A stretch of 10,602 nt of DNA, taken from positions 1 through 10,602 of the forward strand of contig JBJXHG010000019.1 in the NCBI GenBank assembly GCA_046160865.1, read 5' to 3'. The notes under the pieces are model-generated. The model saw only the letters and a program-made list of their open reading frames with translations, did not search any database and was not told where the DNA came from. Source of the DNA: Planctomycetota bacterium. GTDB lineage: Bacteria > Planctomycetota > UBA1135 > GCA-002686595. Below are positions 1-5,892 of the stretch, piece after piece. The position numbers and the translations under genes were made by a program. Positions within the stretch are counted from its first letter, which is position 1, and each line of letters begins with the position of its first letter.

Positions 1-164
1 CTAGTGTCCTGAGTCAGAAGTTCGCTCTCACCAAGGTCGAGATCGTCGTCGCTGGCAAGGCGCGAGGGTGCAGGCAACCTGTCAGGTTTCCGAACCCGAG
101 CAACGCCGCCAGCGCGGAGGAGATCGAGCTTGGTGAGAGCGAACTTCTGACTCAGGACGCTAGT
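1..164. repeat. ~164-bp imperfect palindromic element. The 35-bp terminal inverted repeats (1-35 vs 130-164) have one mismatch, and a central mini-hairpin lies around position 82
   Basis: Read directly from the sequence. Positions 1-35 are ctagtgtcctgagtcagaagttcgctctcaccaag, and the reverse complement of 130-164 is ctagcgtcctgagtcagaagttcgctctcaccaag. Interior positions also show partial dyad symmetry (cgctggc on both arms; aacctg/caggtt at 76-88). The element abuts the window edge, so its left boundary may be truncated. Confidence 0.7.
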
Positions 165-173
165 TGCGCGAGA

Positions 174-251
174 TGGTGACCCCAAGGGGATTTGAACCCC
201 TGTCGCCAGGATGAAAACCTGGTGTCCTAGGCCTGGCTAGACGATGGGGCC
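174..251 (-). tRNA. tRNA-Glu, anticodon UUC, with genomically encoded CCA
   Basis: The reverse complement folds by hand into a cloverleaf. The acceptor stem GGCCCCA/UGGGGUC has one G-U pair. U8 is present. The D stem is GUCU/AGGA(C) with GG in the D loop. The anticodon stem is CCAGG/CCUGG, the loop is UUUUCAU, the anticodon is UUC, and A37 is present. The T stem AGGGG/CCCCU closes a T loop UUCAAAU. The discriminator is A, followed by CCA. Confidence 0.9.
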
Positions 252-289
252 ACCTGTTCGGTCGCGCTCGTCGGACACCGCGGGGCGGA

Positions 290-318
290 ACGGTACCGGC
301 GCTCCCGGGAGCTGTCAA
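290..318 (-). promoter_or_regulatory. Putative sigma70-type promoter for tRNA-Glu (TTGACA-N17-TACCGT on the minus strand)
   Basis: On the minus strand, TTGACA is the complement of 313-318 and TACCGT is the complement of 290-295, with a 17-nt spacer. This places a transcription start about 30 nt upstream of the mature tRNA 5' end. The spacer contains the perfect 12-bp palindrome gctcccgggagc (301-312). Confidence 0.4.
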
Positions 319-334
319 CGGTGCGAAGACGCCG

Positions 335-1678
335 TCACGCGAGCGTCCAACCGGCGCGCTCGAGCACGCCGATCACGTGGCGATACTCGCGCTCGAGCCC
401 GTCGACGAGCGCCCGCTCGCTCCGCACCCAGCCGGGCAGGACGTCCCACGTGTAGGTCTCGATCTCGACGTGCAGCTCCTCGACGCCCCACGCGTCGGGC
501 TGCTCGAGCGCGAGCTCGAGCGCGCGGTCGGCGTACGCACGCGTCGTCGTGAGCGCGCCGTCCGTCCGGCCCTCCACCTCGACGTCGAGTCGGTTCACCG
601 GCACGTGGAAGTGGCAGCGCCACTCGTCGCACGCGAGCCATCGGGCCGCGCGCTCGCCGCCGACTTCGAGATCGCGGGCGAGCTCGGGCACGTCGTCCGC
701 GCGCACGACGAGGTCCTTGCCGACGCCGGTCACCTGGTGCAGGTAGCGCGGCTCGGCGAGCGAGAGGAAGCGCGCGCGCTCCGCCGGATGGAGCGCGGGC
801 TCGCGCAGCGCGAGCGCGCTCGAGAACTGCATCTTGCCGAGCGGATTCCCGTCACCGCACATGTACACCGCCGCCGGGCTCTCGAACTCGACGGCCGCGT
901 GGCACGTGTCGAAGCACGCGCCGAAGTGACGCGGCAACGCACGGTCGAACAGCGCGATCGCCGACTCCACTCGTGGCGCCGAGGAGCTGCGCAGCTCGTC
1001 GGTCGCGCGGCTCTCGACGCCCATGCGAAAACGACCAAGCTCCGCCGTCTCGTTGCAGTTCGAGCGCGGCTCCGCCTCGAGCGACAGAACGATGCGGCGG
1101 CCCGAGCGCTCCTCCAGCGCGGCGAACGCCGCGACCGCGCGCAAGAAATTGCGCTGGCAGAGCTCGAGATCCGGCGACGCTTCCGACGCGACCTGCGCCG
1201 GCATCGCGAGCGCGCGGCCGAAGCCGCCGGTGTGCGTGCTGATCGACACGTGTCCCCCATCGATGGCGGCCGCGTCCGCGAGACGCAACGCGATGTGCGC
1301 GACGTCGAGCGTGAACGCGAGCCGTGCAGGCTCCGTCCACGCCGGACGGAACACGCCGTCCTTCAGCCCGTCGGCGTGGAAGCCGCCGGCCGGAAACGCG
1401 TTGTAGGTGAACGGATCGAGGCGCTCGTCCGCGACGAGTGCCGCGAGCTCGTCGAGCTTCTTCGCGCCGCTCGCGTGCGCGAGCTCGGCCGCGACACGCG
1501 CGGGAAAGTAGACTCCGACGCCGAAGAGCGTGCCGCGCTCGACCAAGCGATCGCGCAACGGGAGCGTGATGGTGCGCAGGCCTTCGAGCGCGCGCTCGAA
1601 CGTGTCCGCGGGATGCACGTTCAAGCAGTACCCGAGGCGCACGCGGCGACCGGGGTGCTTCGCGTTCGTCCAGTGCAT
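335..1678 (-). CDS. Xylose-isomerase-like TIM-barrel protein of the sugar phosphate isomerase/epimerase superfamily. It is a long form at 447 aa, and its specific function is unknown
   Basis: The 447-aa ORF has a balanced amino-acid composition, unlike the Arg-rich ORFs antisense to it. Motifs arranged like the metal ligands of the xylose-isomerase-like fold are present: an N-terminal beta strand RLGYCLNVH, IVLSLEAEP (Glu), FGACFDTCHA (Asp-x-x-His), CHFHVP (His-x-His) and LHVEIETYTW (Glu). The Asp/His and His-x-His motifs are spaced unusually far apart, suggesting an inserted subdomain. The family assignment rests on motif recall, not on a search. Confidence 0.55.
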   Translation of the reverse strand: MHWTNAKHPGRRVRLGYCLNVHPADTFERALEGLRTITLPLRDRLVERGTLFGVGVYFPARVAAELAHASGAKKLDELAALVADERLDPFTYNAFPAGGFHADGLKDGVFRPAWTEPARLAFTLDVAHIALRLADAAAIDGGHVSISTHTGGFGRALAMPAQVASEASPDLELCQRNFLRAVAAFAALEERSGRRIVLSLEAEPRSNCNETAELGRFRMGVESRATDELRSSSAPRVESAIALFDRALPRHFGACFDTCHAAVEFESPAAVYMCGDGNPLGKMQFSSALALREPALHPAERARFLSLAEPRYLHQVTGVGKDLVVRADDVPELARDLEVGGERAARWLACDEWRCHFHVPVNRLDVEVEGRTDGALTTTRAYADRALELALEQPDAWGVEELHVEIETYTWDVLPGWVRSERALVDGLEREYRHVIGVLERAGWTLA

Positions 1679-1706
1679 CGGAATCCGCGCGCCGCAGCGC
1701 GCGCTC

Positions 1707-1952
1707 CTACAGCACGATGCCTTCGTCGATCAGCAAGACCGGAATGCCGTCGCGGATCGGATAGACGACCTTCGCGTCCTGCCGCACGAGCCCCGCTTCG
1801 ATCGGATCCTTCACGACGGCACCCGCCTTGTTCTGCGCCTTGCCGGCGCGAATCCGGTCGTTGACGCGCTGCAAGAGATCCGCGCCCGCCTCTTCGAGAG
1901 GCTGGTGCGTTTCGGGGCACGCGAGGATCTGGAGCAGGTCTTTGTCGATCAC
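1707..1952 (-). CDS. Trm112-like / UPF0434 (YcaR-like) small protein, about 81 aa, with a proposed GTG start
   Basis: The C-terminal 80 residues of the 134-aa ORF (1707..2111) match the Trm112/DUF343 signature: (M/V)IDKDLLQILACP near the N-terminus and YPIRDGIPVLLIDE near the C-terminus. A GTG start at 1950-1952 gives the canonical roughly 80-aa length and removes the overlap with the divergent gene that starts at 2062. The stop lies 28 bp upstream of the TIM-barrel gene start on the same strand, so the two are probably an operon. Confidence 0.65.
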   Translation of the reverse strand: MIDKDLLQILACPETHQPLEEAGADLLQRVNDRIRAGKAQNKAGAVVKDPIEAGLVRQDAKVVYPIRDGIPVLLIDEGIVL

Positions 1953-2061
1953 GAGAGGCACTCGGCGGACGCGCGAATCCTCTCCGACGACGGCGCACTT
2001 CTCAAGAGCGGAGAGCGTTCCGCTTGACAGCCTCGCTCGATCGGCCGAGCTTGATCCACCG

Positions 2062-3147
2062 ATGCACCTCCTCGCCGCCAGTTGGCTCGCCGCCTCGTTG
2101 CTCGCCGCCACTCAGGTCCAGGCGCCGCGGAACGCGAACGCCGACGCGACCGCGCCCTATCTGCTTCCGCCCGGCCGCGTGGCGAGCGCTTTCGAGCCGG
2201 CGTTCGCCGCGTCGGCCGCCGCGTTCGCGAACGTGCCGACCGACCTCGGCGGTGCTGGTCACGCGCCCGGCTACGCCGCCGGTGCGTGGCACACGCCGGC
2301 GACGTGGGACGCATGGGCGCAGATCCTGACCGCGGAAGTCGGTGCGCAGGCGCAGAGTCCCGAGCGCCGCGCGCGCTTGTGTTTGCTCGCGCTCGAGCAA
2401 GAGCGTTTCGAGGACGCATGGCAGCACGCTCGACTCTCGTCCGATGCGTGGCGCGCTGCACTCTTGCCGCGCTTCTTGCCGGGCGTTGCGGCGGGTGTCG
2501 CGCTCGCGCGCGACGGGAGCAGGATCGCGCTCTCCGACGGCGCAGTGCTCACACCGAGCCTGCCACCCGCGTCGCCGAACCCGCCGCCGGGCCGCGTCGA
2601 CGTGCGCAAGATGCGCGTCGCCGACGTCGCCATCGGCGCAGGCCGCGTCTCGCTGCAAGTTTCCGTCGAGCACGAGGGCGTGCAGATCGAGATCGCGCAC
2701 GTCGGCGGCGAAGCGTTGCGACTCGCGGTGCGCTTGCCGACCGACGAGCGCTACGCGTACGAGAACGAGTACGTCGACTGGTACCGGCAGGATCACGTCG
2801 GCGTCGCGCACACGCTCGAACTCCGTCCCGGCGAAGAAGCGCACGTGATCTACGGCCGCTTCACGCCGCGCGCGCTCGAGCACCCGACGCGCTTGCCGGA
2901 CGTACCTCCGGCGCAGCTCGCGCGCGGCAACTTGTGGCTCCGCTGTGCGAGCGAGCAGCGCGAGGTGTGCGCCGCGATCGCGCGCAGTCTCGAGCAAGGT
3001 CCGCTCGCGTTGAAGACCGAGCTCGTCGCCCCGGACGGCGAGCCGAAGTCGCAGAGCGGCATCTCGTTCGATCTCACGAACGCGGACGAGCGCGCGCGCA
3101 AGACGGCGTGGCTCGTGTCGTCGGTCGAGCGCCTCGCGCTTCCATGA
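2062..3147 (+). CDS. Secreted or periplasmic hypothetical protein of 361 aa with an N-terminal signal peptide
   Basis: The internal ATG at 2062 begins MHLLAASWLAASLLAATQVQA, a typical Sec signal peptide with an AxA cleavage motif. The ORF upstream of that ATG is Arg/Ser-rich and overlaps the minus-strand Trm112 gene. I recognise no known domain. The stop codon (3145-3147) is embedded in a perfect hairpin. Confidence 0.6.
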   Translation: MHLLAASWLAASLLAATQVQAPRNANADATAPYLLPPGRVASAFEPAFAASAAAFANVPTDLGGAGHAPGYAAGAWHTPATWDAWAQILTAEVGAQAQSPERRARLCLLALEQERFEDAWQHARLSSDAWRAALLPRFLPGVAAGVALARDGSRIALSDGAVLTPSLPPASPNPPPGRVDVRKMRVADVAIGAGRVSLQVSVEHEGVQIEIAHVGGEALRLAVRLPTDERYAYENEYVDWYRQDHVGVAHTLELRPGEEAHVIYGRFTPRALEHPTRLPDVPPAQLARGNLWLRCASEQREVCAAIARSLEQGPLALKTELVAPDGEPKSQSGISFDLTNADERARKTAWLVSSVERLALP

Positions 3148-3167
3148 GCTCGCGCAGCGAGCTCATG
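3143..3167. terminator. Perfect 11-bp-stem, 3-nt-loop hairpin (catgagctcgc-gca-gcgagctcatg) overlapping the stop codon of the upstream CDS. A degenerate second copy of the 21-bp core lies at 3179-3204
   Basis: The palindrome was checked base by base. No U-tract follows it, so it is not a canonical intrinsic terminator. The 21-bp core ccatgagctcgcgcagcgagc is directly repeated 37 bp downstream (3179-3199), with two mismatches in the right arm of the second copy. Confidence 0.5.
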
Positions 3168-3296
3168 CCCAACGGCTCCCATGAGCTCGCGCAGCGAGCG
3201 AATGTCCATCGGTGTGTCGTCGCAGCGGCGCGCACCGCTTCTGCTCTGAATGCTTCGGTCGCCACGACGTCCGCCACTGTAGCTGCTCGCCTTGCA

Positions 3297-3326
3297 TTGA
3301 ATCTTCACGCGCAAGCCGAGTAGGCT
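3297..3326 (+). promoter_or_regulatory. Candidate sigma70-like promoter for the nfeD-flotillin operon (TTGAAT-N18-TAGGCT)
   Basis: The -35-like TTGAAT is at 3297-3302 and the -10-like TAGGCT at 3321-3326, with an 18-nt spacer. The pair lies about 40 bp upstream of the nfeD ATG. This is a pattern match only. Confidence 0.3.
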
Positions 3327-3364
3327 CTGCGCTCGGCGCGCTCGCTCACCGTGCCCCCCCCGCG

Positions 3365-3943
3365 ATGAACTGGACCATGGAGACGGTGTATCTCGGCTGC
3401 GCCGCGGCCGGCGGCACCGTGCTCGTCCTCCAGACCGGGATGGCGCTCTTTGGCGGCGGCGATCACGACGCGGGTCACGCCGACGTGAGCCACGACATCG
3501 GGCACGCGGACAGCGGCGAAACGCACGGCCACGATCCGGCGTTCAGCTTGCTGTCCGTGCGCACGTGCGCCGCATTCCTGACTTTCTTCGGCTTGGTCGG
3601 CTTCGGCGGCACGTCCGCGGGCTGGGGCACGTATCCGACGATGGCCGCCGCGCTCGCCGCCGGCACGGTGATGCTGCTCGCGGTCGCGTGGCTCTTCAGC
3701 CTGCAGCGCAAGCTCTACTCCGAGGGCAATGTCGATCCGCGCAACGCCGTCGGCCACACGGCGCGCGTGTACTTGAAGATCCCCGGCGCGAACGCGGGCA
3801 AGGGCAAGATCACGGTCGCGCTGCAAGGACGCACGGTCGAGTACAACGCCGCGACCGCCGGTCGCGAGCTCGCGACCGGCAGCGAAGTGCGCGTCGTGCG
3901 CTTGATCACTCCCGACACGTTCGAGGTCGAACCGCTCTCCTGA
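3365..3943 (+). CDS. nfeD: NfeD-like membrane protein (short form, YuaF-like), the flotillin-associated partner
   Basis: The product is 192 aa. The ATG at 3365 (or 3377) begins a hydrophobic N-terminus (VYLGCAAAGGTVLVLQTGMALFGG), followed by a second TM segment (AAFLTFFGLVGFGG...LLAVAWLF). A C-terminal OB-fold-like segment, GHTARVYLKIPGANAGKGKITVALQGRTVEYNAATAGRELATGSEVRVVRLITPDTFEVEP, is typical of the NfeD C-terminal domain. The gene sits immediately upstream of, and is translationally coupled to, a flotillin gene, the conserved yuaF-floT arrangement. A His/Asp-rich loop lies between TM1 and TM2. Confidence 0.75.
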   Translation: MNWTMETVYLGCAAAGGTVLVLQTGMALFGGGDHDAGHADVSHDIGHADSGETHGHDPAFSLLSVRTCAAFLTFFGLVGFGGTSAGWGTYPTMAAALAAGTVMLLAVAWLFSLQRKLYSEGNVDPRNAVGHTARVYLKIPGANAGKGKITVALQGRTVEYNAATAGRELATGSEVRVVRLITPDTFEVEPLS

Positions 3944-3951
3944 GGACTCCG

Positions 3952-5577
3952 ATGCACGCGCTCCCCTTCGCCCTGCTCGCCGACTCTTTGATTCCGCCGC
4001 AGCTCGCATGGCTCCTGACGGTGGTGGCGGCGGTCTTCGTCGTCTTCAGCTTCCTCGTCGTGCTCGCGCGGCGCTACAAGCGCTGCCCGTCGAACCGCAT
4101 CCTCGTGATCTACGGCAAGACGGGCGCCGGGCGCTCGGCCAAGTGCCTGCACGGCGGCGGCGCGTTCGTGTGGCCCTTGATCCAGAACTACGAGTACCTC
4201 TCGCTGGATCCGGTGCAGATCGAGATCCCGCTCTCGGGCGCACTCTCGATCGAGAACATCCGCGTCTCGGTGCCCAGCGTCTTCACCGTCGCGATCGGCA
4301 CCGACGAGGAGACGATGAACAACGCGGCGGTGCGCTTGCTGGGCTTGAAGACGCCCGAGATCGTCAAGCAGTCCGAAGACATGATCTTCGGCCAGCTGCG
4401 CCAGGTGATCGCGTCGATGCGCATCGAGGAGATCAACAAGGATCGCGACATCTTCCTGTCGAAGGTGCAGACCTCGCTCGAGCCCGAGCTGAAGAAGATC
4501 GGCCTGGTGCTGATCAACGTCAACATCAAGGACCTCACCGACGAGTCGGGCTACATCGAGGCGATCGGCAAGAAAGCCGCCTCCGAAGCGATCCAACAGG
4601 CCGAGATCGCCGTCGCGCAACAGGTCAAGCTCGGAGCGATCGGCGTGGCCGAGGCTTCGAAGGACCAGATGATCAGCGTCGCCGATGCCGAGAAGCTGCG
4701 CGACATGGGCACCAAGCAAGCCGAGCGCGAGCGCGCGGTGCGCCTGGCCGAGCTCGACAAGGAACGCAAGGTCGGCGAGCAGACCGCGGCCTACGAGCAG
4801 GAAGCGCAGGTGCGCGCAGCCGAGCAGCAGATGCGCATCTCTGTGGCCGAGGCGAACGCGAAGGCCGTCACCGGCGAGAACCTGTCGAAGGCCGCGATTG
4901 CCGACGCGAACGCCACGCTGCGCGTGAAGGAAGCCGAGGCCTACCAGATCGGCGAGACGCGCCAGCGCGTCGCGCAAGCAGCGGTGCTCGAAGCGCAGTA
5001 CCTCGCGCAAGCGCGCGCGGCCGAGGCGCAAGGCAAGAAGATCGAGGCGGAGAAGCGCGCCGAGCTCGAAGCGCTCGCCAAAGCCATGAAGGCGCAGATC
5101 ATCGTCGACGCGGAAGCGTCGGCGGAGAAGCGCCGTATCGAAGCGCAGGGCGAAGCGGCGGCGATCTTCGCCAAGCTCGAGGCCGAAGCGCGCGGCCAGT
5201 ACGAGATCCTCGCGAAGAAGGGCGACGGCTTGAAGCGCATCGTCGAGAGCTGCGGCGGAGCGCAGGCCGCGTTCCAGATGCTGATGCTCGAGCACATCGA
5301 GGAGCTCTCGAAGACCGCCGCGCTGGCGATCTCGAACGTGAAGTTCGACAAGGTCGTCGTGTGGGACGGCGGCGGAGGTGACGGCAAGAACGGCGCAGCC
5401 AGTTTCTTGCGCGGTCTGGCCGGATCGCTGCCTCCGATGATGCACATGATGCGCGACATCGGCGGCGTCGAGATGCCGTCCTACTTCGGCAAGATCCTCG
5501 ACGAGGCGGGCGCCGAACAGCGCGCGGCGAGCGAAGCGGCGGCGGCGCCGACATCCGGCAAGCCGGTCGCACCGTGA
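3952..5577 (+). CDS. floT: Flotillin (SPFH/band-7 family, FloT/YuaG-like) of 541 aa
   Basis: The start at ATG 3952 has a GAGGA Shine-Dalgarno sequence 5 nt upstream and lies 8 nt after the nfeD stop. An N-terminal TM helix precedes an SPFH domain that is collinear with B. subtilis FloT: RILVIYGKTG, GGGAFVWPLIQNYEYLSL, IKDLTDESGYIEAIGKK and KFDKVVVWDGGGG. A long Glu/Ala/Lys/Gln-rich coiled-coil region follows. Confidence 0.9.
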   Translation: MHALPFALLADSLIPPQLAWLLTVVAAVFVVFSFLVVLARRYKRCPSNRILVIYGKTGAGRSAKCLHGGGAFVWPLIQNYEYLSLDPVQIEIPLSGALSIENIRVSVPSVFTVAIGTDEETMNNAAVRLLGLKTPEIVKQSEDMIFGQLRQVIASMRIEEINKDRDIFLSKVQTSLEPELKKIGLVLINVNIKDLTDESGYIEAIGKKAASEAIQQAEIAVAQQVKLGAIGVAEASKDQMISVADAEKLRDMGTKQAERERAVRLAELDKERKVGEQTAAYEQEAQVRAAEQQMRISVAEANAKAVTGENLSKAAIADANATLRVKEAEAYQIGETRQRVAQAAVLEAQYLAQARAAEAQGKKIEAEKRAELEALAKAMKAQIIVDAEASAEKRRIEAQGEAAAIFAKLEAEARGQYEILAKKGDGLKRIVESCGGAQAAFQMLMLEHIEELSKTAALAISNVKFDKVVVWDGGGGDGKNGAASFLRGLAGSLPPMMHMMRDIGGVEMPSYFGKILDEAGAEQRAASEAAAAPTSGKPVAP

Positions 5578-5592
5578 GCGCGCGCGCGCGCG

Positions 5593-5775
5593 GCTAGCCC
5601 GCATTTCTCACCACGTCCTGCTGCGTTCGCGTCAACTCGCTTCCGCCCGCGTTGTTGTATCGGAATCGATCCTCGCTGACCCGACAGGTCAGCTCCGGTC
5701 GATTCCGATACAACGCCTTGCCCGAAGCGAGCTGTCACGCCCTCGCGACGGACGTGGTGAGAAATGCAGGCTAGC
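5593..5775. repeat. ~183-bp concentric imperfect palindrome centred at 5684, in the floT-pepP intergenic region
   Basis: Three nested inverted-repeat tiers share one centre. The outer arms are 26 bp with one mismatch (gctagcccgcatttctcaccacgtcc at 5593-5618 against 5750-5775). The middle arms are 15 bp and perfect (ttgtatcggaatcga at 5655-5669 against 5699-5713). The central hairpin is gctgacc-cgaca-ggtcagc (5675-5693). ctcgcttc is also mirrored in between. A (GC)7 alternating tract (5578-5592) precedes the element. Confidence 0.75.
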
Positions 5776-5892
5776 AGCCCGTGCCACGCGCATTTCGAGT
5801 CGGCGCGAACCGGACCGCCGACGCCGCGCGTACTGACGTGCGTGAACGATCGGTTGGCGATTCAGGGCGCGCGCGGTAGCTTCAGACCGGCC

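Noticed and set aside
1-251. Integrated genomic island or prophage at the tRNA-Glu 3' end
   Set aside because: No integrase, direct att-like repeat of the tRNA 3' end or other mobile genes are visible in the window. Only the palindromic element is present, and the flanking sequence is outside the window.
335-1678. Possible identity of the TIM-barrel protein as an EboE-type (ebo cluster) protein
   Set aside because: The length class (about 400-450 aa xylose-isomerase-like) is reminiscent of EboE, but no other ebo genes (UbiA prenyltransferase, TatD hydrolase, phosphatase) are nearby, and I cannot verify the similarity without a search. It is therefore left as a generic TIM-barrel enzyme.
377-1864. 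495-aa plus-strand ORF
   Set aside because: It is extremely Arg/Ala/Glu-rich and exactly antisense to the well-behaved TIM-barrel CDS. This is the typical high-GC antisense-frame artifact.
1953-2111. N-terminal 53 residues of the 134-aa ORF containing the Trm112-like domain
   Set aside because: Family members are about 60-90 aa and begin M-x-D-x-x-LL. An in-frame GTG at 1950-1952 reproduces this. The longer form would overlap the divergent signal-peptide gene start region.
2002-3323. ORFs 2082..3323 (+, 413 aa), 2002..2997 (-, 331 aa) and the smaller 2024..2329, 2342..2848 and 2271..2633
   Set aside because: They are Arg-rich alternative or antisense frames overlapping the signal-peptide protein gene. 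None has a signal or motif.
3212-3364. Extended N-termini of the nfeD ORF (from 3212), the flotillin ORF (from 3565), the pepP ORF (from 5764) and the propeller ORF (to 10402)
   Set aside because: The upstream segments are Arg/Cys-rich or overlap neighbouring genes. Internal ATGs give N-termini matching homologs (pepP, floT), hydrophobic or signal-peptide starts (nfeD, propeller) and RBS motifs. The 5764 ATG lies inside the right arm of the palindrome.
4550-5250. Low-complexity Glu/Ala/Lys/Gln-rich stretch in flotillin as an independent repeat or coiled-coil gene
   Set aside because: This is the normal C-terminal coiled-coil, EA-repeat region of flotillins, in frame with the SPFH domain.
3715-5604. 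629-aa minus-strand ORF and 4008..5381 plus-strand ORF over the flotillin gene
   Set aside because: They are antisense or frameshifted frames of the flotillin CDS, Arg/Gly/Asp-rich, and the flotillin frame has unambiguous homology.
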